Under the pieces are notes generated by a model. It worked only from the letters and a program-made list of their open reading frames with translations. It had not been told where the DNA came from and ran no database searches. The position numbers were made by a program, and so were the translations under genes. Shown here piece by piece: positions 50,721 to 63,920 of a DNA stretch of 64,000 bases. Each line of letters begins with the position of its first letter. The stretch's first letter is position 1. The DNA comes from Octopus vulgaris. Lineage: Eukaryota. Location: NCBI GenBank assembly GCA_951406725.2, contig OX597832.1, positions 35,030,001 to 35,094,000 of the forward strand, given 5' to 3'.

Positions 50721-51920
50721 ATATTAATCAACGCAAAGGAAATACTCTGAAAATAATAGTCACACAAATTACTGACATCTGAATTACACCAATAAAAGAG
50801 CCACCAGATGTTTTCTTTGCCTGCTAGAAATAGCTGCTAACTCTCACACAAATTACATTCTACTATCTAAAATTAGGAACAGATTGCATAGCGTAATCTC
50901 TAATACATAAAAAGTCAGGTTATTGAGAGTTGAAACATTTTTGGTCATAGATCTGCTGGATCAAAGCCGATCAAGGTTTAAATAATGGACTAAATGTATT
51001 TACGCAGAATGAGACCTCTATTCAGAATCACTAATATTTACCTGTCTATATCTCTTCACTTACAACTTGTCTCTTTCTGTTTCTCTTCCTGGAACAATCT
51101 TCTACTGTCTCTTTAATGTGGACTTGGCCATTTTAAAAACCACAAGGTATCCCTTAGGTTAAATCTGATTTACTCCAGCTTCAGTTTCACTTAATATATG
51201 CTAAAAAAAAAAACATCTGGATTAGCTACTTATTTTCCTCAAGGAACTTATTCGATAGGTTTGGTATCAATCACCCCCACCAACCACCAACTAGTTTCAC
51301 AAATGGCTGTAATAAATCTCCTATAATACTCATTATAAATAAGCTTATAGTCTAAAATACTACATTTGGCCATAAATTTGACCCCCACTTCTATTTTCAC
51401 CAATAACTCACTTTCAGAGGTTTGAGAAAATAAATGACTGCATTAACTTCATCCAATCTTTTGCTTTAACTTCCTAGACCATTGTTGTTCATCAGCTAGT
51501 TTCCATAGCTTATTGTCTAGCATAGTATATAGGCATGAATACCCTTTAATGATAAAAAGACTATAAGAATGAAAAGAAGAGAATGAAAATCTTTTTAGTA
51601 TAATGTTGTATAACTCTTGGAGACTTGAGTATTTTTTCTAAAAATATTACATCAGTTAAAGGACAATTTTATTAATTTGTACTAACTTGAAGCATAAATA
51701 TCTCATACTAGATTTCCAACTTATTCTTATTTTTTGTGCCATTTATCTAAGGTTTAACACACTGAATATATCTGTAATTGTGATGTTTTAATTACTAAAT
51801 TATTTTTCAAATCTATTCCTGATTTCTCTGTGACTGATGCATGATAACTTATTTTGATATAACTCCTCTCATACACATTTTCTTCTATCAGTGAGTTGAC
51901 ATATTTTATTGTGCTTCTAG

Positions 51921-52070
51921 GAGAAGGATAATTCCTTAGATGTTATCAAGCTCTCTGACAAAGATTTTCTACGTACACTTGAGAATGCCATAAGGTTTGG
52001 GAAACCATGTCTGCTTGAAAATGTTACAACAGAACTAGATCCGGTCCTTGAACCAGTGTTATTGAAACAA
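51921..52070 (+). CDS. DNAH1: Dynein heavy chain exon ([11 protein letters not shown]...[12 protein letters not shown])
   Basis: ttctag|GAG ... CAA|gtaagt. Confidence 0.92.
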
Positions 52071-52386
52071 GTAAGTTTTTCTTCAATTTTCTTCACTTTT
52101 TCTGGAGGCAATAAAATGTATAAAATAAAATGATAAATACTGAACTGTTGAATAAAATAAAAGTTAATATTATAAAAATGTTAAATTGTATTTTTTTTCT
52201 TCTAATAGGTGTGTATTCTGGTGTTATTAGGGTTTTATATTTTTTATCCACCTGTGTTTGCAAGTTATTTCTCTACCAACTGGGACTAATCAGTCTTTTT
52301 TAGTCAAGTTTCTTCACTGAAATTCTCATTTTTGGTTTCCTTTCTCTTACAGGTTTCCTTTTCCAGCCACAAATAGTTGTTTTATA

Positions 52387-53155
52387 TCATCATCATCATC
52401 ATTTAATGTCTGCTTTTCATGCTAGCATGGGTTGGACGATTTTGACTGAGGGCTGGCAAACCAGATGGCTGCATCAGGCTCCAATCTTGATCTTGCAGAG
52501 TTTCTACAGTTGGATGCCCTTCCTAATGCCAACCACTCCGAGAGTGTAGTGGGTGCTTTTTACGTGCCACCGGCACGGGGACCAGTCAGGTACTGGCAAT
52601 GACCTCACTCGAATCTTTTTACACATGCCACCGGCACTGGTGCCAGTGCCCTTTTACGTGCCACAGTACGGAGGCCAGTCAGGCGGCACTGGCAATGACC
52701 TCACTTGAATTTTTTTACACATGCCACCAGCACAGGTGCCAGTAAGGCAACGTTGGTAATGATCACGCTCGAATGGTGTCCTTTTACGTGCCACCGGCAC
52801 GGAAGTCAGTTGGCTGCTCTGACAACGATCACGCTCGGATTGTGCTCTTGGCACCCTACTAGCACAGGCACAAGTGCCAGTGAGGCGACGCTGGTAACGA
52901 TCACACTCGAATGGTGCCCTTTTATGTGCCACTGGCACAGGAGCCAGTTAGCCACTCTGTCAACGATCACCCTCGTATGGTGTTCGTTTGGTGCTCTTTG
53001 CACCCTGCTAGCATGGATGCCAGTCGTCGAATTTGATTTTGATTTCACTTGCCTCAACAGGTTTTTGCAAGCAGAGTTTAGTGACCAAAGAAGGGAAAGG
53101 TACGCATAAGCGGGCTGGTTACGCTCCTGGCATAGGCCACAGGTTATGGTCTCAT
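52387..53155 (-). mobile_element. RTE 3'-UTR copy reaching almost to the ORF stop
   Basis: Tail, about 7 units, GATTTTGATTTCACTTGCCTCAACAGG..GGTTATGG matching 14740-14862. Confidence 0.88.
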
Positions 53156-53240
53156 TTCATAAGCCGCAATATTATCTTATTTCATTGTTTGTGTTGATGT
53201 ATTATAAAGAATTAAGTACTTTTTTTTTTTATTCCTTTAG

Positions 53241-53401
53241 ACTTATCGGCAACAAGGTAGCCTTGTGATCAAACTTGGAGATGCTGTTGTGCCGTATCAT
53301 GAAGACTTTAAATTCTATATCACAACCAAACTTCCAAACCCTCACTACACACCTGAAATTTCAACCAAAGTGACTTTAGTTAACTTTACTTTATCACCAA
53401 G
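53241..53401 (+). CDS. DNAH1: Dynein heavy chain exon (TYRQQG...TTKLPNPHYTPEISTKVTLVNFTLSP)
   Basis: ctttag|ACT ... CCA AG|gtaact. Confidence 0.93.
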
Positions 53402-53689
53402 GTAACTGAAATCATTTGACTATTTTAATGTTTATGCTTGGTGCATGTGCACACACACACACACAATTGAAGCAGGTGCCCACAACATTTGTAGGTACTC
53501 CCATCCCAGTGAAGTTCATGTTATTCCTGTTCACATCAAATTTCACTGGTTGATGAGAGTAGAAAAATATGGGGGGGGGGGCAGCAATAGAGACTACATC
53601 ATCATGTAACCTGTTAGAAAGTGCAGTTAGATGTTCCTCAGGGTGCATCTTATCTTAAGAAAAGATGCGTTATATGTGTGTATGTATGT

Positions 53690-54300
53690 AAACCAAAAAA
53701 GAGGTATAAGGACTTGCTGAAGGCTTCCTTAAGAGACGCTTGCATCTCTCCTGACACATGGGAGGGCATAGCTATTGATTGTAGCAGGTGAAGAAGGATT
53801 GTGCACGAGGGGGCAGCTACTTTTGAGAAATCTCGAGTTGCGCATGAGAAAGTAAGGGGGGGATGTCGAGAAGGGCATCGCTGTTACACTTCCAGATGGG
53901 AAGGGTCTTCCTATGATGCTGACATGCAATGTCTGTGCAAGACCCTGCCCCAGTAAAGCTGGACTCATGAGTCATCTTCGTAGTCAGAAAGCGAGACAGA
54001 TGAGTGACAACCTGGCAACTGGTGGTGGTGTAACACACCATACTAATCATATCTGTCGGGCATGTGGAAGAGAGTGTAATTTGGCAGGAGGACTTAAACG
54101 ACATGCAAAGGTACATGAAGCCCAGTTACAACTACAGCTGGCAACTACCGGTAAAGGTTTTAGCTGCCAATTCTGTACAAGACATTGTAGATCTTTAGCT
54201 GGGCTAAAAAGTCACATTCGATCACAGCACCAGTAACAGTAAAGCTTCTTGCAATGGCCATACTCAATAACGAGGAGGCAGCCATCATGTATGTATGTAT
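53690..54300 (+). mobile_element. RTE-type LINE 3' end encoding three tandem C2H2-like fingers, (TATG)n tail
   Basis: TWEGIAIDCSR*RRIVHEGAATFE (RTE C-terminus) in frame with ORF 53913-54236; (TATG)n on both flanks. Confidence 0.7.
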
Positions 54301-54465
54301 GTGTGAAGTTATTAAAGATGAAATGTCCAATTTTCTTATGCACCAAGTTTGACAGTCTCAAATATTAAAACTCTAATCTTAAAACTCCAATATTTTATCC
54401 TGACAATTCTTTGTTTTACAACATTGAAGAGTTACCTCATTATTTTTCAAAATGCAAATCATCGT

Positions 54466-55571
54466 ATCTGATTATATTGTGAGTTTTCTCTTGTAAATCA
54501 ATTTTTATGAACCCATGGATAGATAAAAAATTTCTGTTGTTTATGAATATAAATTCCATCATGGAACCAATGCATCCCAGACAGTTCAAAACATCAATGA
54601 GGTGTTTGGTGAAGAATTAGTGAATGAGTGCACTGTACGTTGATGGTTTGAGAAGTTCTGGTCTGGTGACTTTACTCTTAAAAATCAGCCCCACGGTAGA
54701 CCTGAGACCAAGGTGGATAATGATGAGCTGGAAACATCTCATACTATGCATGAGTTAGCAGCAAAGTTTGATGTTTCAATTCCAACTGTATTGGACCATC
54801 TGAAACAAATCGGCAAGGCAAAGGAGCTGGACAAGTGAGTACCACACGAACTGAGCAAGCATCAACTGATTCATCATCTTGAAAATTGCTGTTTTTTGCT
54901 GTCACAGCATAAAAGTGAACCATTTTTGCATCATATTGTTATGTGTGATATAAAATGGATTCTTTTCAATAATACCAAGTGTTCTGCATGGTGGTTGGAT
55001 AGAGATGAAGTGCCAAAACACAATCGAAAATAGAATATTCACCAAGAAAAGCTAATGGTGTCTGTTTGGTGGTCCAATGCTGGTGTCATCCACTACAGCT
55101 TCATGAGACCTGGTAAGTCAATAACAGTGGATGTATACATCAACCAATTGGACGAAATGATGAGTGAACTTGTAATTAAACAACCAAGACTGGTCAATAG
55201 AGATATGCAAATTCTCTTACAAGACAATGCTCGACCACATGTTGCATAAACAACACTACTCAAGTTTCAGGAACTGAACTTGGAAGTACTCTGTCATCCA
55301 CCATATTCACCAGACCTTGCACCAAAGGATTATGATGTTTTCCAGACATAAGATAACTTTTTGCAAGGAAAAAACCTCAAGTCTGAAGAAGATGTGAAAA
55401 CATCCTTTCGTGAATTCATCACCTCTTGCTCTCCAGAATTCTTTGCTGCCAGCATAAATAAGCTATCAATAAAATGGTAAAATTGTGTGGATAATTTAGG
55501 TGCATACTTTAACTGCGTTGCTTTTAGAGTTTCAGTTCAAAATCAGACATTTCATTCGTAATGACCTGATA
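54466..55571 (+). mobile_element. Decayed mariner (DD34D-type) transposon
   Basis: WFEKF.SGDF.LKNQPHGRP, VPHEL, IVMCDIKWI, MVSVWW, LLQDNARPH, HPPYSPDLAP.DY; stops and frameshifts. Confidence 0.9.
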
Positions 55572-56389
55572 TGTTTGTATATGAGTGTGTATATATATGT
55601 GTGTGTGTGTGCATAAAGCTAAATTTGAAATTAACGATTGAAGCTTAGAAAAGAGACATTAAGATGTTGTATCCAAACCTTGTTTTGGGTAAGTCCCAGG
55701 CAGTGTACTTGCAGAGTACATTCACTACTTCTGGCTACCAGCTGTTATCTGTGGTACTTCGCTTTCGTTGCTGGATTTACGTCAAGAATTTCTAGGTACA
55801 CGTTGTGTATATATAAAATGATTGATAACAAAGATGGAGAATAACTAGAAGCTTTATTTGGCACAGAAATCTTTTCAGCTTCCTTCTCTACTCTTCCCTA
55901 GTGGCTGTGGAATGATGATGTGCTGACATCAGATGCAATGCACAGGGCAGAAAGCCTCATCAAGTGACATAACATGCTTCAAAAGTTTTAAGATTTACAT
56001 TTTGTTTCCATTCCAAGTTATAAACTGATGGAGTGTCACTAGTCGTTCACACATTATATAGTATAGTGAATAGGAGATGAGCTATTGGGGAGATAAGTGA
56101 GTACTGAATAGATTAGAGGTGTAACAACAAGATACTTTGTAGGTACAAAATAATGAAAGGTCCAGATGTAGATAAATGATATATATCTACATCACTTACC
56201 CATTTTCATGTCTATTTCAACATGCTTGCATTCATAGACATCAAGATATATGGAAAGAAACTCAAAGTAGTGACGGAGTGAATTATCATCTTTGAATGAA
56301 TAATCTCTACTATATTAAGTATTGAATACTTTTTCTCTAATTTGTTTATTCAGTTGTATATATTTTATGCAAAAATATACTTTAAACAG

Positions 56390-56615
56390 TGGCCTTGAAG
56401 ATCAGTTACTTGGGATCGTTGTTGCAGAAGAACGACCAGATTTAGAAGAAGCTAAAAATCAACTGATTGTCAGCAATGCTAAGATGAAGCAAGAACTGAA
56501 AGAGATTGAAGACAAAATTTTGAACAGACTCAGTTCTTCAGAAGGAAACCCTGTAGATGATTTTGACCTTATAAGTACATTAGAGGCATCCAAAATCAAA
56601 TCTGAGGAGATAAAG
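56390..56615 (+). CDS. DNAH1: Dynein heavy chain exon (SGLEDQLLGIVVAEERPDLE...SEEIK)
   Basis: aaacag|T GGC ... AAG|gtattc. Confidence 0.93.
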
Positions 56616-58177
56616 GTATTCATTTTATGGTTCCATAATGTTTTAAACTCGATTATTGTTTTGTGTTTTGTAAACTAAAATTTGACATGAAGCTAACTGG
56701 ATCCTATAAAGGTGCTGTTGTGGTAGCAGACCACGAAACACGGTTGTAATTCCATATCTGTGCAAATACTGAATTGCATTTCACCTCAATTTAAGTAAAC
56801 TAATGCTCCTGTTCTTACCAATCCAATAGTTTTTCTAATCTTTCAATATAAGCAATATTATTATGATTTAGAATGTTTTTCCTGTTATAGCATGTGGAAA
56901 TTAGGTTGAATCCTCATAAATAAATGAAGTTTCTGTTGAAGTAGCTTTCATTGAAGTCTGGATAGAAAGCTAAACTTTATGTTCATTCTATTTTTCTGCC
57001 ATTTCATCCACCACATAGATAACATTGTCAAATTCTGATGGATTATATCAAAACTACACCCACAATAAAGTTTCTTTTGTGTACATGCTTTCATCTGTAC
57101 ACAAAAGATAAAATGTGCTACTTTATAAGAAACAATGAAACACATAAAGATATGTTGGCTAAACTGGCAAAATGACCATTCCGAAATACAACAATATAGG
57201 GATTTGCCAAATTCAATGTAGTGAGAGTATACAGATGAAAATTATAATGTAAAAATCTTATTCTGTGGCAGAATATTCAACCTTTAACTTGAAATCTTCA
57301 TGAAATAAATGTTTACATAATTATTTGAAATCCATTTTACCGAAGTATATTCATACACCTGTGTTTTGTTATCTATCGGTAGTCTCACCTGTTTATCTTG
57401 TTTTGGTATTAAAGACGTTTATTTATCTTTTTCTTCATTTCTGTCTCAAGTCCTCATTCTCAGTGACTTCAATGTAAACAGCTTCTCCCACAGCAATACT
57501 GCTGGCATAAAGGCCAGAATCATTTACCATTTTAAATTGTCTGCACCAAATAGTATCTACACCTACCTCTATTCCTAACTGGCACCCTTCACTTATTTCT
57601 CTCCTTGAAACCTAGCTTTTACAAGCTATCATCTTCTCTGCACCTATTGAATTATCTGATTAAGGTTAATCAAGGTAACATGTCCCATATCCCTCTAATT
57701 CACAGTAAAAGTCATCCCCAGAAATCTTCTAGTGCTTCAAATCAGTTAACTGATGAGAATTCCACCATCTTTATTCCAAGTCCCCCAAGAATCTGTTTTT
57801 CTCCTCTCTTCATCTGAAACAGGAATGTTGGTAACCAAAGTCATTCTTTGATATTCTTCATTCAACCAAATACCATAACTTGGCTCCTGGCCTCACCCAA
57901 TTCGTCACTCTTTACTTGTGTCTGTTGCAGTCTTTGGAAACTTGCTAACCTATCTCTGCTCCATCAGAGCAACATCTCTCACCCAGTTTCTCTCACTTTA
58001 AAAACCACAAAACTCATGGACTAAGTTTGTTCACTTCCTTCGTTATCTTGACTCGTTATCCTCTCCTCACTAATTACTCGTATGGCTTAGTGCCTGATGG
58101 TCTCTCGTAGCAATATTTCAGACAGAACTTTGCCAAAGCTGCATCTCAATGATTCTTTTAGAGAGCCATGTGCTATC

Positions 58178-59117
58178 CTCTTTCTTTCTTTCTTTCCTTC
58201 CTTCCTTTTTTCTTCTTTTCTTTCTTCCTTTCCTTCTTTCTTTTCTTCTTTTCTTTCTTTCTTTTTCTTTCTTTCTCTTTCTTTCTTTTTTCTTTCTATT
58301 CTTTTTCATTCTTTCTTTTCTTTTTTTCTTTCTTTCTTTCTTTTCTTTCTTTTCTTCTTTTCTTTCTTTGTTCCTTTTTTTTTCTTTCTTTCTTTTTTTT
58401 TTCTTTCTTCCTTTTTCTCTTTCTTTTCTTTCTTCCTTTCTTTTCTTTCTTTCTTTCTTTCTTCCTTTTTCTCTTTCTTTTCTTTCTTCTTTTCTTTTCT
58501 TTCTTTCTTCTCTTTTCTTTCTTTCTTTTCTTCTTTTCTTTCTTTCTTCTCTTTTCTTTCTTCTCTTTTCTTTCTTTCTTTTCTTTCTTTCTTTTCTTTT
58601 CTTCTTTTCTTTCTTTCTTCTCTTTTCTTTCTTTCTTTTCTTCTTTTCTTTCTTTTCTTCTTTTCTTTCTTTCTTTTCTTTCTTTTCTTTTTTTTCTTTT
58701 CTTTCTTTTCTTTTCTTCTTTTCTTTCTTTCTTCTCTTTTCTTTCTTTCTTTTCTTCTTTTCTTTCTTTTCTTCTTTTCTTTCTTTCTTCTCTTTTCTTT
58801 CTTTCTTTTCTTTTCTTCTTTTCTTTCTTTCTTCTCTTTTCTTTCTTTCTTTTCTTCTTTTCTTTCTTTTCTTCTTTTCTTTCTTTATTTTCTTTCTTTT
58901 CTTTTTTTTCTTTTCTTTCTTTTCTTTCTTTTCTTTTTTTTCTTTTCTTTCTTTTCTTTCTTCTCTTTTCTTTCTTTCTTTTCTTTTCTTTCTTCTCTTT
59001 TCTTTCTTTCTTTCTTTCTTTCTTTCTTTTCTTCTTTTCTTTCTTTCTTTTCTTCCTTCCTTCCTTCCTTTTCTTTTCTTTCCTTCCTTCTTTCTTTCTT
59101 TCTTTCTTTCTTCCTCC
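58178..59117. repeat. About 940-bp polypyrimidine (CTTT/CTT/CTTTT)n tract
   Basis: Almost purine-free on the + strand. Confidence 0.97.
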
Positions 59118-59630
59118 TGCTTACATATCATTACTACAACAGCCTCTACTTCTTTCAACCATCCAACTGCTCATCCACACCACACCATGCATGCAAACCG
59201 TGACCTGCTTACTATATCTCATCTTCTAAAATCTCTTGTCTTTCTCCACTCAATCATTTCCCCCTACAACCAAAGCTCTTTGGAAATCTTACGACTTCTA
59301 TGTTTTTTTTTTTCCTTTTTTTTTTTTTTCCATCTTATGGATATCAACCTACATATGTTTGAACTGATCATCAATTGTATTAATTTCATCCTGATATTGG
59401 ATGGCCAGCAAATGATGTGATCACTACTACGTCACATCTGATTAACTTGTTGAAAAAAATATTGATGAAGAAACATTCCTACAAGAGGTCTTGTTATTAA
59501 TAAACAAACAATAGTTTTAGAGTTTAACTTTCAACTGTTATAGGCAAAACTTATGATTTCTGTTTCCAATTTCCTTATCACATAAAACTTTAGAATATCA
59601 TTTATAGACGTCAATTTGTCTTTGATTCAG

Positions 59631-59826
59631 GCCAAAGTAACCATAGCTGAACAGACAGAGAAGGACATAGATGAAACCCGTGGCCAATATATCCCCGTGG
59701 CCGTCAATACACGGATTATGTTTTTCTGTGTTGCTGATTTAGCAAACATTGATCCCATGTATCAGTATTCTCTGGAATGGTTCATCAATATTTTCCTCTT
59801 TGGCATTGAACAAGCTGAAAAAGCAG
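59631..59826 (+). CDS. DNAH1: Dynein heavy chain exon (AKVTIAEQTE...IDPMYQYSLEWF...EKA)
   Basis: attcag|GCC ... GCA G|gtatgt. Confidence 0.93.
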
Positions 59827-59943
59827 GTATGTTCATTATTATCTTACCTTCCATCCTGTTCTACCTTTTCTTGGAATATCCATAATTTCAATCGCAATCT
59901 TTCATTTTCTAGTCTGACCATACATTCATCACCAGATTATGTG

Positions 59944-60025
59944 TGGAGAAACATGGCTCAGTGGTTAGGATGTTTGATTGTGAGGTTGTGGTTTCGATTC
60001 CTGTCCAGGAGTGATATGTTGTGTT
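59944..60025 (+). mobile_element. SINE head fragment
   Basis: TGGCTCAGTGGTTAGG..GGTTTCGATTCC. Confidence 0.5.
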
Positions 60026-60085
60026 AGAAAAGAAAACTGATATACATATTGGTTTGAATAAATCTTTATTTTCCACATTCTACAG

Positions 60086-60237
60086 ATAATATACCCATGA
60101 GAGTTGAAAACATCAATAAGTACTTTACATACTCTCTCTATACCAATGTTTGCCGAAGTCTTTTTGAGAAGCATAAACTTCTTTTTGCATTTCTGGTGTG
60201 TACCAAGATTAAAATGAATGACTCTTTGATTGATATG
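60086..60237 (+). CDS. DNAH1: Dynein heavy chain exon (DNIPMRVENIN...VCRSLFEKHKLLFAF...LIDM)
   Basis: ctacag|AT AAT ... ATG|gtaagt. Confidence 0.93.
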
Positions 60238-60333
60238 GTAAGTCTCTTATTAATTGCACATTACTTTTACTGCTTTCATTAAAAAGAAATGAAATATATT
60301 TTTTTAATTCTCTTTTTCGGTTTTTGTTTGTAG

Positions 60334-60533
60334 AGCGAATGGCATAATTTGCTGGCTGGTGGCACTCATAAAGAATTAGAGTTAGAAAATCCTGCTCCAG
60401 AATGGTTGACTGAGAGGTCATGGAATGACATTCTGTGCTTAAATATTTTACCAAATTTTGGAAATATAGCTGTTGACTTTCAGAAGTATCTTGATGACTT
60501 TAAGAGGATATTTGATAGTTCTGAACCTCATAG
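60334..60533 (+). CDS. DNAH1: Dynein heavy chain exon (SEWHNLLAGG...NPAPEWL...SSEPH)
   Basis: ttgtag|AGC ... CAT AG|gtaaat. Confidence 0.92.
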
Positions 60534-62243
60534 GTAAATCCTATTTTTTGAAATTTCCTTCTACAATATGCACTGTTTAGTTTCAGGACTGAGAAGGAAT
60601 GAAGATAAATGTATATAGAGTGTGTAGTCAGGAAGCAGAAACAAATGGTGTGTAGACAATATATAATGTGTTGACAGATGATGCAGAAGTCTGTTATATA
60701 TATACAATGTATATCATGTGTAGATAAAAGTCATATAAATATATATGTCGATAATATAAATATATATTTCGTTTTTGGATTTGGTTTGCAAGATTCTTTA
60801 TATGAGTTTGTGTGTTGAAACATATTCTGTTGTGTCTGGGGAGAGTCATTTTCTTTTTGTGCCTTATTATTTAACACACTCACCGATAAAATTTCCACTT
60901 ATTTCTTATTTTTATTTTCTAAAATTTTTTGTTGCGTCTTGCAACCTTTTCAATAGTCTTGACTCTGTCCGTTATTTACACTGCGTTCCTTTTTGTTTGT
61001 TTGTGCGCATGTGTGTGGGTCAGTGTGTGTGTGTGTGTGCCTATACATGTACGTATGTATGTGTGTGTGTGTTTGCATGTGTATGTATATATGTATGTGT
61101 ATGCATATGTATGTATGTATCCTGCATATTTATGTGCTTGCCTGTCCATGTTTGTGTATTTTCTATGTATGTGTGTGTGAGCATGTGGTTGTATATGTAT
61201 GCACCTCCGTCTCCTTGTTGGCTACTTATGTGGAAATCATTGACTGGAATAGTCACAGTCATACCAAGGATCAACTCCTGTTGGATAAAATTTTGCAAAA
61301 GGTGGGTGAGAGTGGTGAAATTAGTCTGGTTAACTGTGTCCTCACTAAATATGTCGCTGTAAGTTGATGGCAAGAACTAGGAGAGGTTTGTGTGTAGTTA
61401 TTGCATAGTGTTGTTTATTGATTGTATAAGATATAAGTTCTTTGGTGAATATCTAGAATATCCATTGTTAGTTGTGTTGTGTATTTTACAGTTGGGAAAT
61501 TAATAAAAGAAAAATTATCATCTCAAGAGAATTTTTATATATTGCAACTGAATTATTATAACATATTCACATTTGTTAGCTATTTTTGATGTGACACAAA
61601 TACCAGAATGAGAAACGTGTAGTTTTCAATGCATCTTTCTGGAAGAAGACTGGGTTTTGGTATTAAAAATATGTTTTTTTTGTAACCCCCTATTATGAGG
61701 TAGCATTACATAATAATCATACTTTTTTTTAGTTTCATGGTTATATAATTACATATTTCATAAAATTGTCTTTATTAGACTACACTTAATTGAAAATGGC
61801 TTCCTATCTGCCTATTCTAACAAGTTCTGTGTAATGTGTTGTGATGTTTTGTATCACCAGATTATTTTGTATATTCAACATATTCTATGTCACTGTGCCA
61901 CTGTTTGACCAAATGATTATGTCAGTGTGTCAATAGGTCACTGTGATATCGTGCCATTGGATCTCTGTGTCACTCATGACACCATGTTATTGTGTCACCA
62001 AGTCACAGTAACTTATTCAATAAGTATTCGGTTGATGTATACATTGGTCCCTCTTATGGAGCTCTATCATATTATTACCATCATGCTTAATGGTTTTCTA
62101 ATAATTAATAGATATCTAGTTGTTAGGCCCGTAAAAACATACATTCCTTTTGTATTAGTACACAAGTGAGAGAAGGAAACCTGATTGTGAAGAAGGGGAT
62201 TTTTTGTTATCTTTCTCAATCGTAATTTTATTCTGTTGTGCAG

Positions 62244-62388
62244 AGAAGAACTTCCAGAAGAATGGGAATCAAAACTGGATAGTTTCCAGAAGATATTGAT
62301 TCTGAAATGTCTTCGCTCAGACAAAGTAACAAATGCCATGCAAGACTTTGTAGCTAACAACCTTGGCCAGATGTTTATTGAACCTCAG
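62244..62388 (+). CDS. DNAH1: Dynein heavy chain exon (EELPEEW...CLRSDKVTNAMQDFV...FIEPQ)
   Basis: gtgcag|A GAA ... CAG|gtttgt. Confidence 0.92.
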
Positions 62389-62460
62389 GTTTGTGTTTTT
62401 AGCTTCTAACCATGTTTTCCTATTAGTCTACTCATAACTATTGGTAATAACTTCTTTTAA

Positions 62461-62681
62461 CCCTTTCGTTACCAACCCGGCTAAAACCGCCTCTGGCTCT
62501 CTAGTACAAATGTCTTGTTTTCATAAGTTTTAAATTAAAATCTTTCACCAAACCTTAGTCACAATTTATGTTCCTAACACTAGCTTAATAATAACTAAGT
62601 TATTTAAATAAATTCTTTGTTACATTTAAAATAATTGAAAGAAATACAGAGCATCTCAAAATAAATACGGTATTGAAAAGG
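62461..62681. mobile_element. piggyBac-type MITE (second family)
   Basis: TTAA|CCCTTTCGTTACC ... GGTATTGAAAAGG|TTAA. Confidence 0.8.
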
Positions 62682-62851
62682 TTAAAGTTTTATATTTTAA
62701 ACTGTACTTGATTAGTATGCTTGACTAGTAATTGTATTATTATTACAAATAAGAGTTTGTTTTCAATGTCATGACATGTAAAAATCATAATTTTCATAAA
62801 ATAATTTGCTCTAATATTTATCTTTATTAATGAATTTGTAATATATTTCAG

Positions 62852-63010
62852 ACATCCGATTTAGGTGTGGTTTATAAGGATTCTTCTCCAACAACTCCCC
62901 TGATCTTTGTTTTGTCTCAAGGAACAGATCCAGCAGCAGATCTTTACAAATTTGCTGAAGAAATGAAATTTTCACGAAAAATGTCAGCCATTTCACTTGG
63001 CCAAGGCCAG
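62852..63010 (+). CDS. DNAH1: Dynein heavy chain exon, AAA6 (TSDLGVVYKDS...PLIFVLSQGTDP...ISLGQGQ)
   Basis: tttcag|ACA ... CAG|gtaaaa. Confidence 0.93.
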
Positions 63011-63482
63011 GTAAAATAGTAGTTTTTTAATATACTATTTGACTGACTAGTAGTTGGTCTCACTGACCAGTGGTTGATCTCACTGACCAAATGATTATGT
63101 CAGTGTGTCAATGGGTCACTGTGATACCATGCCATTGGATCTCTGTGTTACTCATGATACCAGTAGTAATCTTATCTGACCAATGGTCAGTTTGTTTGGC
63201 CTACAAATATGTGTCTCTGACTGACCAATAAATATCTGGATCTCATTGGCAGCAAAAATGATTTTTACAGACTGGTGAATATATGGTTCTCACTTAACGG
63301 TAGTGAGTGTCTTAAACCAGTGAATATATGTCTGTGTGTGTGTGTGGGGGGGGCAATGTCCAGTTGTATGTCTCATTCAATGAATTATATGTTTGATCCA
63401 ATATGTTTAGATAAGTAACACAGTTAATGTCAAGATCAGGTTTAGTTCCCACCTCTATTTGAAATCCATGTATTTAAGTCAT

Positions 63483-63781
63483 TAATAATAATAATAATAA
63501 TAATAATGAAATGATTGTATACAGTGCTCAGGTGCAGCACAACTTGTCAAAAGTACATATAAAGCATATGTAGAGTAATGTACAAATGTCTGGAAAGTGA
63601 AGAGTGTATGAGTCAGATACATGCTTACGTGTGTATGGAGGGGAGAAAATCAGGTGTAGTGTTGGCGAATCTCAGAAAGCATGGAAGTTTTGAAGGATGC
63701 AGTGCTCCAACAGCTAACAACTGATGCTGGCAGTTTGTTCCATGCTTCAGCAACTCTCAGCGTGAAAAAATGTTTCTGAAA
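63483..63781 (-). mobile_element. CR1-type LINE 3' end
   Basis: (TAA)n tail; near-identical to 3400-3690. Confidence 0.88.
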
Positions 63782-63920
63782 GAAACTTATGAGGAAACAG
63801 AAAATGCAAATTCTTATTGACTGTGAAATAGAAGCCTTATGTCAAAATTACAAATAAGCTCAATAAATATGTTCAATAGCTTTAAATATAAAACTTTGAG
63901 TATATTTCATATTTTCAAAG

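Noticed and set aside
58097-59420. F/S/L-rich and K/R/E-rich ORFs
   Set aside because: Translations of the polypyrimidine/polypurine tract.
60775-61373. Cys/Val/Tyr-rich ORFs
   Set aside because: Degenerate (TG/TA)n low-complexity sequence plus a dispersed repeat.
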